This document shows positions 16,015 to 27,302 of a stretch of DNA of 64,000 nucleotides, one piece after another. The number at the start of each line of letters is the position of its first letter. Position 1 is the stretch's first letter. The DNA comes from a virus: the IMG/VR virus record IMGVR_UViG_3300045988_129435, one strand, 5' to 3'. The position numbers and the translations under genes were made by a program. A model generated the notes under the pieces. It did no database searches. It was not told the origin of the DNA and saw only the letters and a list, made by a program, of their open reading frames with translations.

Positions 16015-19000
16015 TTATGCCGTTTTATTCCTTCCTATAACTACGACCTCAAATGCACTATTAATCCATCCCTGGTCTTTATGAAATGTCTTTACTGTAA
16101 AAGTATTGGACTGTTTATCGGATATTATACAAATAGTCCAATTTTCATTTACCCCTGTAGCTATTATAAAATAATCAGTATGATTTAAATCGTGCCGAAA
16201 GACATAGTTACCTGTATCCGTCCTGCTGACACTCATATAACACCCATCCCCCCATCTGTTTGATATACCACCTGCTCCTGTGATGCGTCCAGCCCATAAC
16301 GCTCCCGGAGCATTCCATTTTTCGCCTTTTCTCTGAATAAATTCATGCGATCCAGCGCTTGAAATCGCATTAGATGCTCCATTACCAAGAATACTTAATA
16401 CGTCTTTACCCGAACCTCCACTAAGACTCACAGCAGATCCTTTGTCATTTCTTACTGAAAGTAGCGCAGCAGCAGGATTTCTCATTCCATACTCATTTAT
16501 GCGAAGGAAATGAACACCATCCTCTTCAATTAAGATTGATCCATTCTCATTTAGAGAAGAAAGCGCATCACCCTCAATTTTAAAGCCCGCTATTTTCCCA
16601 CCATCGGCCTCAATAGTTCCTTTGAATATGTACTTCTTAGTTAACGGATCAAGTTCAAAGACTATCTCATTATCAACCAGTGCGAAAATTCCGGTACGCT
16701 TTTCTCCGTCAACTGTGATACAATCTCGACCAATAGCAACTCCGGTCAGTTTACCATTGCTATCCTTCGTACCAGAAAACATCTTTGGGGATACGATATA
16801 CTCCCCGTCAATCTCTGTCTTATTATTATTCCATTGTTCGACCCAAGGGAGTAGATTCGCGTCTTTTCCGTCCTCTCCCGGAATACCAGGTTCACCCGGT
16901 TTACCATCCTTCCCGTAATGACCAAAGAGACGATAGTTCTTATACTCTCCCCACTTTCCATCTTGCAGAGTACGCTCACAAGTGTACTCATAAGGATAAG
17001 TTTCCGATGCTCCACGAGGATTATCCACCCACCAGAGCACATCTTCCCAGTATGTTTCATTAGTCGGAACAATCCCCGAATGCGCCTGAATAGCTACCTT
17101 GTATACATCATTGTATTTTACTATGTTACCTGCCGAATAGAATTTTGAGCTACTGTATTCAGGAGCATCACCAATGTATTCGTTAACATATTCGTTGGAT
17201 GCCGGAAGGTCAATAACATTACGCTTAGACTTTGCAAGCAGGTAAACCTGCTCCTCGGTCTTGGAGTCCGTTGGGAATATGACAGGTTCGCTCCAGGAAG
17301 GAGTTGTTTTACCATCAATCACTGCAGTGGAATACCAACAGGTAGTAGGATCGAGCATACGAAACTTGACTCTGTCCTCGTTACTACTTGTGCTGCTGTC
17401 TTTCGTGTATACAATTTCAACAAAGTGACTGCCGGCTGTAGGCACTGCAATATCCACCACCACATTGGTTACTCCACTTCCCTCCCAGGCATGTTCGTTG
17501 GAACTGCTATATGATGTATCAAGGGCTTCTACGATACCTTTGTCGTAGTTCTGCTCAGATGATACATCAATCTCTATATGTATCATCTGATTAGCTCTTC
17601 TTGTCGTAAACGACACTCTTTGCTTGTATGTCGAGGAATGAGATGTAGGAGATGGAGAGACATAGTAATCACCGTCTTTTGTAAAGTTACCCGAATAAGA
17701 GAAGGTAATATCCTCCCGATCCGGAGAAAGGGACCATCCTGCCGGATTTGCACCGGTAGGCGTAGCAGGCTTTCCGAAAGCATGCTTATACCGTAGCTCC
17801 GTATATTTACCCGGTAATCCCTTGAATCGTATAGGATCACCCCATGTGCCGGAAGAAGCGCTTGAAGCGACCTTCTGAGAAATCCAGACAACATCTTTTG
17901 TTGCGTTAGTGTGCCATCCTCCGCTTGTCCCGCTTCCGGTCGGACGGGATGGTTCATCTTCGCTGTCATGGTATGTAATGAAAACACTCAGGCCATCCGT
18001 GCCGTCAGTACCATCTGTTCCGTCCTGACCGTCCGCAACCATCAACTCCCAAGCAGCGCCGTTATAGATATAGACGATACCATTACTGGTATTGCGATAA
18101 GCCCAGTTTTTTTGAGGATTGGCAGGAGCGCTTGATAAATCCCCTTTCCACGTAATACTGAGCCCGTCTTTACCATCTTCACCATTTATACCGTCAAGCC
18201 CCTTCTTCCCGTCTGAGACAACAGCAATCGTTTCGCGGTCGATCAGTACTACTCCCGATGTTTCATTGTAAAGCCGGAACTGTATCTTATCTGTTATCCC
18301 GGAGACGGATATTTGCTTATCCGGAGTATAGCTAGTCGCATTTCCTGAGTCTATAATATAATCCATTGAGTAGCCAACTGGCAGAGAGGATACGACAGTA
18401 GAAGCTCCGTCGGTCTTCATCACCCGGCAGGATATATTCGAGACATCACTGTTCCCGTCAGCATCTCTCTTTATGATATTGGTCGATGGCTGAAGCGAGT
18501 AAATGACCGCGTTCTGACCATTTGTTCCGTCAGTCCCATCCTCTCCATTCTCCCCCGGCTTCACTTTGTTTATCGATAAATGCAGGGTACGTTCATACTG
18601 AGAACCTTTGTATGTTACCCGTCCCGTTATGGGTATACGAATTACATCAGCCACCGCAGCAGTAATAGCTGTTACCTTAACTATCCCTGTGCTACGATCA
18701 GCCGTTGCTGTCACGCCTGTGATGCTGCCTACAGAAAGAGAATCAAGAGGAAGCTCGGTTGTTCCGTAGAACATAGAGAATGTTGTTGTGACAGGTAAAC
18801 CGAATACCACCGTCCCGTCCAGAGAGCAAGCTACAGACTGCATTTCATCGTCAAGATCAGCAGAGATGCTTCCTTCTCCGTCAAGACCATTCTTACCATC
18901 CTCAGTCATCACATACCATGCGCCATCCTGGTATACGTAGCATTTCTTGTCGGTAGTATTACGATACCAGTATCCGTTCTGAGGATTTGCCGGAGCAGAA

Positions 19001-20064
19001 GAGAATTCCCCCATAAAAATGAGGCTTGTACCGTCTTTGCCGTCAGTACCATTCGTACCGTCCTGGCCATCTTTACCCGGTTCGCCCTTGAGATTTTCCT
19101 TTGTTTCCTCGTCCAGATTATCCCACGTTAAGACCACTCCCTTCATGGAGCACACATATTTTTTTTTCGATGCGTCCCAATACCACGAAATGGCACCTCC
19201 GGCTATGTGACCGGATTTATCTGTAGCAAATCGGGCTGATCCGTCTCCAAACTCAGCAGTACCGTCCGGATAGATACAGTAAACGACATGCCCTTTAGAG
19301 TCTGTACCTTTGATCATACCATTTTCGCAATAGAAACCCTTAAGCCCGTCTGTTCCGGGAATATCACCGCCCATACGGATTTTCGTACAACCGGCAAAAC
19401 TCTTGCTGTTGATACCAAACAGAATATCGATTGCAGGCTGTCCACCTTCATCGGCATGCAAATAGATCGCACTCTGACGATTTACATCCTTCGAGTTACC
19501 GAACTGGACAATCTCATCACTGACAGCCGGAGTAGTCATACCCGACAATGCCGGATCAACAGCCTCCATGCCGTCTGTGTAACCTATACCGCCGGTGAAC
19601 TCACTGACAGGTATGACGATTGTATCAACACCGTCAATCTTGCGTATTTCGGCTATCTCGACCCAATAGCCTTTAAGGGTACCATTCGTCCAATCCTGGC
19701 ACCGGATGAAATCGTGTGCGACAAAAGACATCTCATCCTCTATGGTGACCAGCCAGTTTTGTCCGGACTCATCCAGCGTGGCAGTCTTTATACGACCGCA
19801 TGCCTGAGTGATACCCAGTGCACCCTTCACCGCGCGGATCTTCTGAATAAGAAGCTCAAAAACGACCATTGTCTCGCGAACAACGAGACTGTCTATCTCC
19901 AGTTTCCATTTACCCTTGATATACTCCCACAGCTTCCATCCATGACCGGCAAATCCGGACACGAAGTCTTCGACGTATTCCTTTACGCCGTTCGACAACT
20001 TACGTCCTGTCGCTTTCACAGAACAAAGAAATCCGTAGAACTTACCGTTACTTAGTATTGCCAT
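16015..20064 (-). CDS. Large tail fibre/spike protein with several collagen-like G-X-Y tracts
   Basis: 1349 aa. Tracts include GEPGKDGQDGTNGTDGKDG, GENGEDGTDGTNG, GINGEDGKDG, GQDGTDGTDGTDG and GKDGKPGEPGIPGEDGKD. Confidence 0.7.
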   Translation of the reverse strand: MAILSNGKFYGFLCSVKATGRKLSNGVKEYVEDFVSGFAGHGWKLWEYIKGKWKLEIDSLVVRETMVVFELLIQKIRAVKGALGITQACGRIKTATLDESGQNWLVTIEDEMSFVAHDFIRCQDWTNGTLKGYWVEIAEIRKIDGVDTIVIPVSEFTGGIGYTDGMEAVDPALSGMTTPAVSDEIVQFGNSKDVNRQSAIYLHADEGGQPAIDILFGINSKSFAGCTKIRMGGDIPGTDGLKGFYCENGMIKGTDSKGHVVYCIYPDGTAEFGDGSARFATDKSGHIAGGAISWYWDASKKKYVCSMKGVVLTWDNLDEETKENLKGEPGKDGQDGTNGTDGKDGTSLIFMGEFSSAPANPQNGYWYRNTTDKKCYVYQDGAWYVMTEDGKNGLDGEGSISADLDDEMQSVACSLDGTVVFGLPVTTTFSMFYGTTELPLDSLSVGSITGVTATADRSTGIVKVTAITAAVADVIRIPITGRVTYKGSQYERTLHLSINKVKPGENGEDGTDGTNGQNAVIYSLQPSTNIIKRDADGNSDVSNISCRVMKTDGASTVVSSLPVGYSMDYIIDSGNATSYTPDKQISVSGITDKIQFRLYNETSGVVLIDRETIAVVSDGKKGLDGINGEDGKDGLSITWKGDLSSAPANPQKNWAYRNTSNGIVYIYNGAAWELMVADGQDGTDGTDGTDGLSVFITYHDSEDEPSRPTGSGTSGGWHTNATKDVVWISQKVASSASSGTWGDPIRFKGLPGKYTELRYKHAFGKPATPTGANPAGWSLSPDREDITFSYSGNFTKDGDYYVSPSPTSHSSTYKQRVSFTTRRANQMIHIEIDVSSEQNYDKGIVEALDTSYSSSNEHAWEGSGVTNVVVDIAVPTAGSHFVEIVYTKDSSTSSNEDRVKFRMLDPTTCWYSTAVIDGKTTPSWSEPVIFPTDSKTEEQVYLLAKSKRNVIDLPASNEYVNEYIGDAPEYSSSKFYSAGNIVKYNDVYKVAIQAHSGIVPTNETYWEDVLWWVDNPRGASETYPYEYTCERTLQDGKWGEYKNYRLFGHYGKDGKPGEPGIPGEDGKDANLLPWVEQWNNNKTEIDGEYIVSPKMFSGTKDSNGKLTGVAIGRDCITVDGEKRTGIFALVDNEIVFELDPLTKKYIFKGTIEADGGKIAGFKIEGDALSSLNENGSILIEEDGVHFLRINEYGMRNPAAALLSVRNDKGSAVSLSGGSGKDVLSILGNGASNAISSAGSHEFIQRKGEKWNAPGALWAGRITGAGGISNRWGDGCYMSVSRTDTGNYVFRHDLNHTDYFIIATGVNENWTICIISDKQSNTFTVKTFHKDQGWINSAFEVVVIGRNKTA

Positions 20065-20065
20065 A

Positions 20066-22705
20066 TTATTCTAATTCTTCAATCAATGAATCTTCAACTT
20101 CTTCTATCAATTCTCCGCCACGAACTACAAGGCCACCGTTAGCTGCAGAAAATCCTTCCGACACAAATCCCTTACCGAAAGTTATCAATCCTTCTGCTTT
20201 GTCATCTTCAATGCTGCTAAGGGAGCGACGTTCAATCTCATCAATAATTCTTTTTGCCGAAAATGTATTGCGATCCGTAGGAACAGTCTTGTCATTCAAA
20301 CCGATGAGATATATACTCGTTCCTCCACTTCCTGACACAGAACCGGTATATGCCTGTCCCTTGTATGTAAGAGAATCAAGTTTGCTTTCTATCTCGCCTA
20401 TACGCGAATATGAGGCAGTCTCTCCAACCGTATAAATTGGATGATCGTAAGGAATATCCAGCGGCCACTCAAAACCAATTATTCTGGATTGTCTGCTTTT
20501 AGGAAAGAAAGCCTTATTGATCAGGTTAACTTTGTCTCCCACCTCATAGGTGATAATATTCTCATTATTATAGATGAACTCAGGGTCCATATCACAATCG
20601 TAGGTGGAAGGATCAATCATAGACTTTTTGACATAGTCTTTTGCCTTTTTCAATAACTCATCTTCGGCCTCCGGAATCAATTCTTCTGAGACATAAGCCG
20701 TATCAAAACCATAAAGAACATATGTGTCAGAATCAGCAGGAAACAAAATGTCATCAGGAAGGTAACGGCCGTAATCCTCATTACGCACAATTTCGAAAGT
20801 GGTACCGGAATCATCACTCTCCTGCAGAAGTAACTCAAAGTCCAGGCCGGCGAGTTTGCCCGTCTGAAAGGTCAAGCGGAAACTTTCTCCGTCCAGCCGG
20901 AAGTCATTTGTAAAATTCTTCAACCCTGCATCCTTGAACGTATAGATACGATACTTGTCTCCGGTTGGATTGTCGTCCTCGTCAAGTTCATCTTCCTCCC
21001 GGTATGTTACATTTGATAATGTGCCGACATATTTGGGATGTTCATCTTCAAAGATGACAATTCCCTCTACAGCTTCTTCCTGCGACATCTCCACATTATT
21101 ATTGTCATCATAATGAGTTTCACCAATGTATATACGTTCTCCAGTAGGACTATAACGGTAAGCATCCACATAAGGAACTTCCTCCGGGAGCATAAGACGT
21201 TTCTGGACCACACCATTTAAAGTAAGCTCCTTGTCATCTTTGCTAAAGTAGCTGTCAGGAACCTTTCCCTTAATGATGTTGTCAATTGTATATCTATCAC
21301 CGAGCGAGGCCGTTACTCCGCTAGGCAATTGTATTACGTTAGCGGAATCACCGATTAAATGGTCCGGATTATATACACAGGAGAATGTCTTACCCGAATT
21401 TAGTCCGGAAAGAAAGGTCACTGTAGCATCTGCCGACGATCCTTTGAATAGAGTTATATCATACGAAACATAAGCCGAGAAAGAATCATTCAGAATAGAG
21501 GATTCACGGGATGGGACATGTGCGTATATCCTGATCTTTAAATCAGTAGCATTCCCTTCAATCTGCAAAGAAGAAGCGACAGCAAACACAGCAGAGACTT
21601 CGTACTGCTGCTCTTGGGATAAGGTAACCGTTTGATTACCTATAGAAACTTCTTTAGTTACACCAGATAATTTATAGACATAAGATGCCCTCAAAACATA
21701 ATCACCGGCAGGAAGAAAAGAACGTCCTGATCCGATTGAAGGAATAACCGTGGATACATTAATTGATATGCCTTCTCCTGATGAAACCTTATAATCTCCT
21801 GCAGGTAACGAAGTTACGATATCAGTGTCATGCGTCCATTCTACATAAGATGCAGTAAAACTGCCACTACCTATACTTTCCTTTACCGGATACTCTTCTT
21901 TGTGAACGACGCGACTTGGGAAATACTTTACATCAAGCGGTCTTGCCGTATCGGATATTTCCCTACCGTTTGCCTGCTTGACATCAAAAATAAGATTCTT
22001 ACGGTAAGTAGAAGGAATGTTTCGCGTTGAACCAAAGGCATAAACACGAGTAGCGAAAACCGTCTGACTATCGCTACGCTGCATGGAGCTTACGTTTACA
22101 TCCTCAGTATCTGTCAAATCTCCGGCCTTGAAATCTACGGGAGAGCTGTATTCGCAACGTCCGAAATGAATTGTCTTATCAGTTATCCACCATTCACACT
22201 CCCATGTCTCCGCCATTTGGGTAAGGGCATCAATCAGGTTTACGCTATCATACGAAACGAGCTTGGAAGTGTTTTCAACCGTAGTGTCAATCTCATATTT
22301 AAAATCCTCTTCTCTATATTTGTATCCGAGTGATTTCAGGTTATCAAGGAAGACTTTAAGATGAACGTCAAGAGTGGCTGTCAGGTTCCAGCTCGCCTCG
22401 CGACCGGTACTCTCCGGAGTATAGAAAAACTTCTTGTTTTTCCACTTCCAGTAGTAGGCGTCCAGCCGGAGTTCGTAATCATAACCACCGGTTGTAGAAT
22501 TATAGGTGGGCTTGTACAAGTCTACAAGCTCAAACATGCCAATTTCGTTATCTATACCATCTCCTAGTTGAAAGTAGATAGGATCTGCAAGAGAAAACTT
22601 CAAAGTTATATAGTCTTCCTTCATCAGAAGAAAGTGCCGCTTTGATCCTTCGTTGATAGAAGTAGAAAAACGAATGTTGCCGGATATGTCTTTGATGTCT
22701 ATCAT
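20066..22705 (-). CDS. Tail tip / baseplate hub (Tal-like) protein
   Basis: 879 aa, second gene downstream of the tape measure gene. Confidence 0.55.
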   Translation of the reverse strand: MIDIKDISGNIRFSTSINEGSKRHFLLMKEDYITLKFSLADPIYFQLGDGIDNEIGMFELVDLYKPTYNSTTGGYDYELRLDAYYWKWKNKKFFYTPESTGREASWNLTATLDVHLKVFLDNLKSLGYKYREEDFKYEIDTTVENTSKLVSYDSVNLIDALTQMAETWECEWWITDKTIHFGRCEYSSPVDFKAGDLTDTEDVNVSSMQRSDSQTVFATRVYAFGSTRNIPSTYRKNLIFDVKQANGREISDTARPLDVKYFPSRVVHKEEYPVKESIGSGSFTASYVEWTHDTDIVTSLPAGDYKVSSGEGISINVSTVIPSIGSGRSFLPAGDYVLRASYVYKLSGVTKEVSIGNQTVTLSQEQQYEVSAVFAVASSLQIEGNATDLKIRIYAHVPSRESSILNDSFSAYVSYDITLFKGSSADATVTFLSGLNSGKTFSCVYNPDHLIGDSANVIQLPSGVTASLGDRYTIDNIIKGKVPDSYFSKDDKELTLNGVVQKRLMLPEEVPYVDAYRYSPTGERIYIGETHYDDNNNVEMSQEEAVEGIVIFEDEHPKYVGTLSNVTYREEDELDEDDNPTGDKYRIYTFKDAGLKNFTNDFRLDGESFRLTFQTGKLAGLDFELLLQESDDSGTTFEIVRNEDYGRYLPDDILFPADSDTYVLYGFDTAYVSEELIPEAEDELLKKAKDYVKKSMIDPSTYDCDMDPEFIYNNENIITYEVGDKVNLINKAFFPKSRQSRIIGFEWPLDIPYDHPIYTVGETASYSRIGEIESKLDSLTYKGQAYTGSVSGSGGTSIYLIGLNDKTVPTDRNTFSAKRIIDEIERRSLSSIEDDKAEGLITFGKGFVSEGFSAANGGLVVRGGELIEEVEDSLIEELE

Positions 22706-22737
22706 AAGTTTCGTATACCTTCATACGATGTTTGATA

Positions 22738-22770
22738 CAAAAATACAAAAAATGACATTAAAAGTGTCAT
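22738..22770 (-). promoter_or_regulatory. Conserved promoter module copy 1 (ATGAC-N10-GTCATTTTTT-G-TATTTTTG on the minus strand)
   Basis: Read directly. It lies between the stop at 22772 and the start at 22705. Confidence 0.5.
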
Positions 22771-22771
22771 T

Positions 22772-23197
22772 CTAATCGTTAATATTTCTATCCATAGGAT
22801 TAGGTTCTACTATCTTTAATGAAAAGTGGGCGATTCCCCTCATAAACTGAGTAAATTGATTGCATGAAAGATATATTGTGCGATAAACTATATTAGGCTG
22901 ATATTTAGACCTAATATTTAATACACCAGTAGCCAATTCCTGACAGAAGCTATCATACTTTTCAAAAAACTCATCTTCATTTTTAGCAGTGAGATTAATG
23001 GTTAAGGTGAGACTACGCTCATCTACTTTTGGGGTAGCGGCTATTACACGCTTGCCATGTTCTAGTCTTGATTTATTCTCTATAAACTCTTTATTAGGAG
23101 GAGGAGTCATCAATGCTGATAAAGAAGATGTATCCATACTGATTCCCCAATTATCATAGGAATCTTTATTGTTTATAAAAAGTTCACCTTTGGGCAT
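22772..23197 (-). CDS. Distal tail protein (Dit-like), assigned by position
   Basis: 141-aa ORF immediately downstream of the tape measure gene. Confidence 0.4.
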   Translation of the reverse strand: MPKGELFINNKDSYDNWGISMDTSSLSALMTPPPNKEFIENKSRLEHGKRVIAATPKVDERSLTLTINLTAKNEDEFFEKYDSFCQELATGVLNIRSKYQPNIVYRTIYLSCNQFTQFMRGIAHFSLKIVEPNPMDRNIND

Positions 23198-23222
23198 ATT
23201 ATATATATTTTACAGTTTAGAA

Positions 23223-26200
23223 TTAGCGAGTAGAGAGTCCTTTAGTATTAATTCTTACTTCGGATATATCAGTCTTTATATCATTTAGCAATTTCGTATA
23301 TTTGGCAATATCATCTAAATAACTATTTGTTATGACATGCTGGGTTAAAATGTTGTTGAGCACTTCATTTCCAACAGACGATATACTTGTGAGAGAGTTT
23401 ATCCCCATAACGACAGCTATCATTTGATTCTTGATTTCTTCACCAGCGATCTGAAGGGCTGTGAAACGACCGATCAACTCTCCGGCATCCTCATGTGTCA
23501 TTTCGGTGCCAAAGCCTTTCTTGGAAGACCCCTGGGAAGTAAATGTGCCACCACCGCCTACGATCTGCTCCCATGCCTTTCTGTCTTCAAGAGCACCATT
23601 TACGATAATATCCCATCCTTCTCTTAAGTCTTTAATATCAGAAGAGGTGATACCTCCCTCTTTGCCCATGGCCTCAGAAAAGGATTCATACCATTTTCTT
23701 AATTCATCTTCATATCCCTTCGCGAACATTTGAGTGAATACAGCCTTTCGCATATACTCTCCAAAATTATCAGCAAAGTCTTTGGATGAAGCATCCATGT
23801 CCATGAGAGTATCTATGAAGTTGTCAAACAGACTATCGAATGACGTCTGAGTCAATTGTTCTTGAACGGCTTTCTGAATATCTTCTATTCTCTCTCCACC
23901 TTCAATAATCTTATTGAGGTAGTTTTGAACATCTCCATCCAACTTAGACCAAAATCCAGGAGCTTCCTCTTTTAACTTTTCAAGCTGTTCAGCCGTCAAG
24001 TTAAAGAGACCGGAAAGTCTTCCTCCTATAAAATCCGGATCTTTGCCGATTGACTTAGCAAACTCGTCCCATTGATCCCATAATTCCTGACTCATGCTAT
24101 TGCGAATACGAACACCAATAGAGTGGGAACCGGCAGATGCGCCAGATTGCAATCGTTCTCTTCCTAATATTTTATAAGACTCAATGCTTTTGTTTGCTAT
24201 TTCAATAGCTTCATCTCCCGCTTTAGCAGCTTCGGGACCATAAGACATATCTATGTATTCTTTTTTCTTATCAATTAACTCATCCCATATTTCATCTAAC
24301 TTGTTATACTCATCAACCATTTCATTGTAACGAGAATAGTCAGCACCACCAAAACCGAATAATCCGGCAATAGTATTCCCAACGCCCGCCAAAACGCTAA
24401 CTGCACCTGTGATAGCACTAAAAGGTTTGGTTAAGTCTATTCGTTCCAGCCCACTCATTACTTGCCCGATACCATCCAAAGTCTTACTTATGGATTCTGG
24501 AACCTTCACCCCAAAGTTTTCAAGCATTCCAACAACGTCATTGCCTGCATTTACAACCTCCATGCCTTTTTGCCCGATAGAATTTGCTGCTTGAGTTAAC
24601 TTTGACAAAGCTTTTTGTCTGTCAGATTGAGCAGCGGCCAAGTTATTTTCTGCTTGGGTAAGAGTCAGTAATCTAGTAGTTAATTTCCCGTTCTCATCGG
24701 TATATACTTTAGTTATTACCTCTCCTCCCTGAATAACAGTATTTAAATCCTCTTGAGCCTTGATTACCGCAGATGTAGCATTACGATAATTATCTGCACT
24801 ATTTTTCAGTTCTCCCAAGGGATTACGTACTGTTATTTTTAGATCAATTTCTTTGAAGGCATCTTGCAACGCTTTAAGATCAGTAGGTTTTATATCTTTA
24901 GCTGCTTTATTTATAACCTCTTTCAGGTTATCACGCATCTTAACCAGTGCCTCAGTAGACTGAGCATCAAGGTTTCCGAATATGTTTGCAAAATTGATAG
25001 ATGATTTTAGTTCTTCAAAGCTAACTTCCTTCAGTTTATTTTCCTTCTCTTTTTCCAAGGACTTCTTAGCGCCCTTGGTGGTAGCTTCACTGATTTTAAG
25101 GTTATATTCTTCGTTTATGGCAGCTTTTTTTTGTTGAAATGTACCATATTCTTTAAGGTATTCATTCCAGCATTTCATTTCTTCCTGATAAGGATAAATA
25201 TCTTGCCGTAAAATGGTATTATTTATAATTTTATCAAAAGCAGATGTATCAACTTTCACAGCAGATGCATCAAACGTTTTCTTTTTATAGTTATTAGTCT
25301 GCTTTTCCCGCAAACTCTCCTGTTCATCAAAGACCTTTCGCTGAAGCTCAATCTCCGTTCGGATATAATCTTCCCGCTGACGTTCTAAATCCTGTATTTC
25401 CTTCTTGTTGTCCAATTCACGTTGTGCACGAATCTTGGCTTCTCCTTCTGCCATAGCGTCAATACGAGACTGGGTAAGTTGATTCTCCAGATCTTGTTCC
25501 TTGCGCTTCCTTTCGGTTGCTTGCTTGTCTAATAGTTCGGAGATTTTCTTTTGTTGGTTTACGATGGAGTTATACTCTTTGGCTGTTTTAGAATCCGAAT
25601 ACTTATCTATTTGTTTTTGCGCTTCCTGTATTTGATTTGTATATTTATTCCATTCCTTTGAATTTTCTTTAGAAGAGTCTAAAGCAGCGCGGGCATCTTC
25701 GGCTTCTTTCTTCTTCCCTTCCCAATATTTTTTATTGTAGACAGTAGGCTTATCAGCATCCTTTTTAGCTTGTTCGTCTGCTTTCTCAAAATCATCTAAA
25801 GCTTTAGTATAAATTTCAAGTTCTTTTCTTGCAGCAGATAAATCTTCTTTCAATGCTCCCGTATACCCCCCTCTATTATCAGTTTTAATTATACTGTTTT
25901 CCAGACCTTGTATTTTTTGTTGAGACATTACAACCTTAGTCTTTAAACCAATACGTTGCCGCCTTAAAAGTTCATCGGTCTCAAGTTTTATAAGCTCCGC
26001 ATTTGTTTTTCGTTTTGCAGTTTCCCAATCCATATTTTGGAACACTTCAGGCATTAAACGCTGCAATTGGCGATATGCAATAAAACGTTCTTCTATAGAT
26101 TTGGATTCATTACTTAAAATATTTGACAGTTCACTCGCTTTATTTTTTAACCCTTCATAATAACCTTCTTGCGCTTCAAGTGCTTCGTTTGTTTTGCGAA

Positions 26201-27302
26201 CAGCTCTTTCTGTTTCAGTCTCTGCTGTGGCAAGTTTATAAATGCCATAAGCCAATCCAGCAATAGCAGCTGCAGCCAATACATACGGATTCTTTAGCAT
26301 TGATAAATTCAAAGCGTCTTGAGCTTTTTTAGTTAAGACTAACCATCCATAGTGAACAGCTTCTTTGGTTGTCAAAGCTGTAATCCCTGATGCTTGTAAA
26401 GCTTGCAAAGAACTAGTAACCATTAGGGCGGTGCGATATGCTCCATAGGTTCCTACGATTTCTAACAGTACTCGTCCCACTTTCTCATAGTTTTCAACTA
26501 GATAGGAAACTCCAGATAAAGCATCGTTAATGATACCTTCATTGGCTTTTCCTATTTCATTAAACATGGTAGCAATAGCATCCTCAATATTAGGGATTTG
26601 CCCAGTAATTGTCTTTGACTGTTCTTGCATAAGATTGTAGAACATTCCGCCTTCATTAGTAAGTGACATGATAACCTTTTGAACTTCCGGGAAACCAACC
26701 TTTCCGGCTTCAACAAGTCCCTTAACTTCATTTTCCGCAACATTAAATTGCTTTGCTAGTTCGCGAATCATAGGTATACCACGGCCAGTGAACTGATTGA
26801 GGTCTTGGGTATATAAACGACCTTGGGTCATTGTAGTACCATAAAGATAAACGATATCTCCAAGAGGTTGGGATAAACCGGCAGCAATATTACCCAAACG
26901 TATCAAATCGTCATTAACATTTTCTACATTTTCCCCATAAGCAAGGAGTTGTTTAGCTCCATTAGCAACTCCCTGTAAATCAAATGGTGTAGTAGCCGCA
27001 GTCTTTACCAGTTGTTGCATAAGAGCATTTGCTTTTTCTTCACTGCCTAACATCGTCTTAAATGCGACTTCCAACTGTTGAAACTCACCGCGAACTTGAG
27101 CAATATTTGAAATCAACTCTTTCGCTGTAAATCCTGCTCCAAAAGCAGCAGCAGCTTTAGTCATACGGTTAAATAGATCTTCAATACTTAACCCACTTTG
27201 TTCTATTTGTTTAGAAGTGTTTCTTACTCCATTCTCACATTCATGTAATTTGCGTATGAAGTTGGAGTTATCGCCAGTGATATCAAAGTGTAATCCAGCC
27301 AT
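23223..27302 (-). CDS. Tail tape measure protein
   Basis: 1359 aa, largely coiled-coil, with N-terminal tape-measure motif GNIAAGLSQPLGDIVYLYGTTMTQGRLYTQDLNQFTGRGIP. Confidence 0.9.
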   Translation of the reverse strand: MAGLHFDITGDNSNFIRKLHECENGVRNTSKQIEQSGLSIEDLFNRMTKAAAAFGAGFTAKELISNIAQVRGEFQQLEVAFKTMLGSEEKANALMQQLVKTAATTPFDLQGVANGAKQLLAYGENVENVNDDLIRLGNIAAGLSQPLGDIVYLYGTTMTQGRLYTQDLNQFTGRGIPMIRELAKQFNVAENEVKGLVEAGKVGFPEVQKVIMSLTNEGGMFYNLMQEQSKTITGQIPNIEDAIATMFNEIGKANEGIINDALSGVSYLVENYEKVGRVLLEIVGTYGAYRTALMVTSSLQALQASGITALTTKEAVHYGWLVLTKKAQDALNLSMLKNPYVLAAAAIAGLAYGIYKLATAETETERAVRKTNEALEAQEGYYEGLKNKASELSNILSNESKSIEERFIAYRQLQRLMPEVFQNMDWETAKRKTNAELIKLETDELLRRQRIGLKTKVVMSQQKIQGLENSIIKTDNRGGYTGALKEDLSAARKELEIYTKALDDFEKADEQAKKDADKPTVYNKKYWEGKKKEAEDARAALDSSKENSKEWNKYTNQIQEAQKQIDKYSDSKTAKEYNSIVNQQKKISELLDKQATERKRKEQDLENQLTQSRIDAMAEGEAKIRAQRELDNKKEIQDLERQREDYIRTEIELQRKVFDEQESLREKQTNNYKKKTFDASAVKVDTSAFDKIINNTILRQDIYPYQEEMKCWNEYLKEYGTFQQKKAAINEEYNLKISEATTKGAKKSLEKEKENKLKEVSFEELKSSINFANIFGNLDAQSTEALVKMRDNLKEVINKAAKDIKPTDLKALQDAFKEIDLKITVRNPLGELKNSADNYRNATSAVIKAQEDLNTVIQGGEVITKVYTDENGKLTTRLLTLTQAENNLAAAQSDRQKALSKLTQAANSIGQKGMEVVNAGNDVVGMLENFGVKVPESISKTLDGIGQVMSGLERIDLTKPFSAITGAVSVLAGVGNTIAGLFGFGGADYSRYNEMVDEYNKLDEIWDELIDKKKEYIDMSYGPEAAKAGDEAIEIANKSIESYKILGRERLQSGASAGSHSIGVRIRNSMSQELWDQWDEFAKSIGKDPDFIGGRLSGLFNLTAEQLEKLKEEAPGFWSKLDGDVQNYLNKIIEGGERIEDIQKAVQEQLTQTSFDSLFDNFIDTLMDMDASSKDFADNFGEYMRKAVFTQMFAKGYEDELRKWYESFSEAMGKEGGITSSDIKDLREGWDIIVNGALEDRKAWEQIVGGGGTFTSQGSSKKGFGTEMTHEDAGELIGRFTALQIAGEEIKNQMIAVVMGINSLTSISSVGNEVLNNILTQHVITNSYLDDIAKYTKLLNDIKTDISEVRINTKGLSTR

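Noticed and set aside
19288-20055. A 255-aa plus-strand ORF, with many other plus-strand ORFs of 60-180 aa (for example 2130-2588, 4457-4981, 30440-30982, 36562-37011, 43722-44129, 49609-50073, 52314-52739), lying antisense to long minus-strand genes
   Set aside because: Each lies entirely inside a much longer minus-strand gene with clear motifs. Their sequences are low-complexity or hydrophobic-biased and they have no promoter boxes. They are most simply antisense artefacts, especially in the GC-richer fibre genes.
7153-20064. Looked for a diversity-generating retroelement targeting the fibre genes
   Set aside because: No reverse-transcriptase-like ORF (no YxDD-type motif in any ORF over 250 aa) and no template/variable repeat pair were seen. 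The only near-identical repeat is the in-gene 35-nt duplication.
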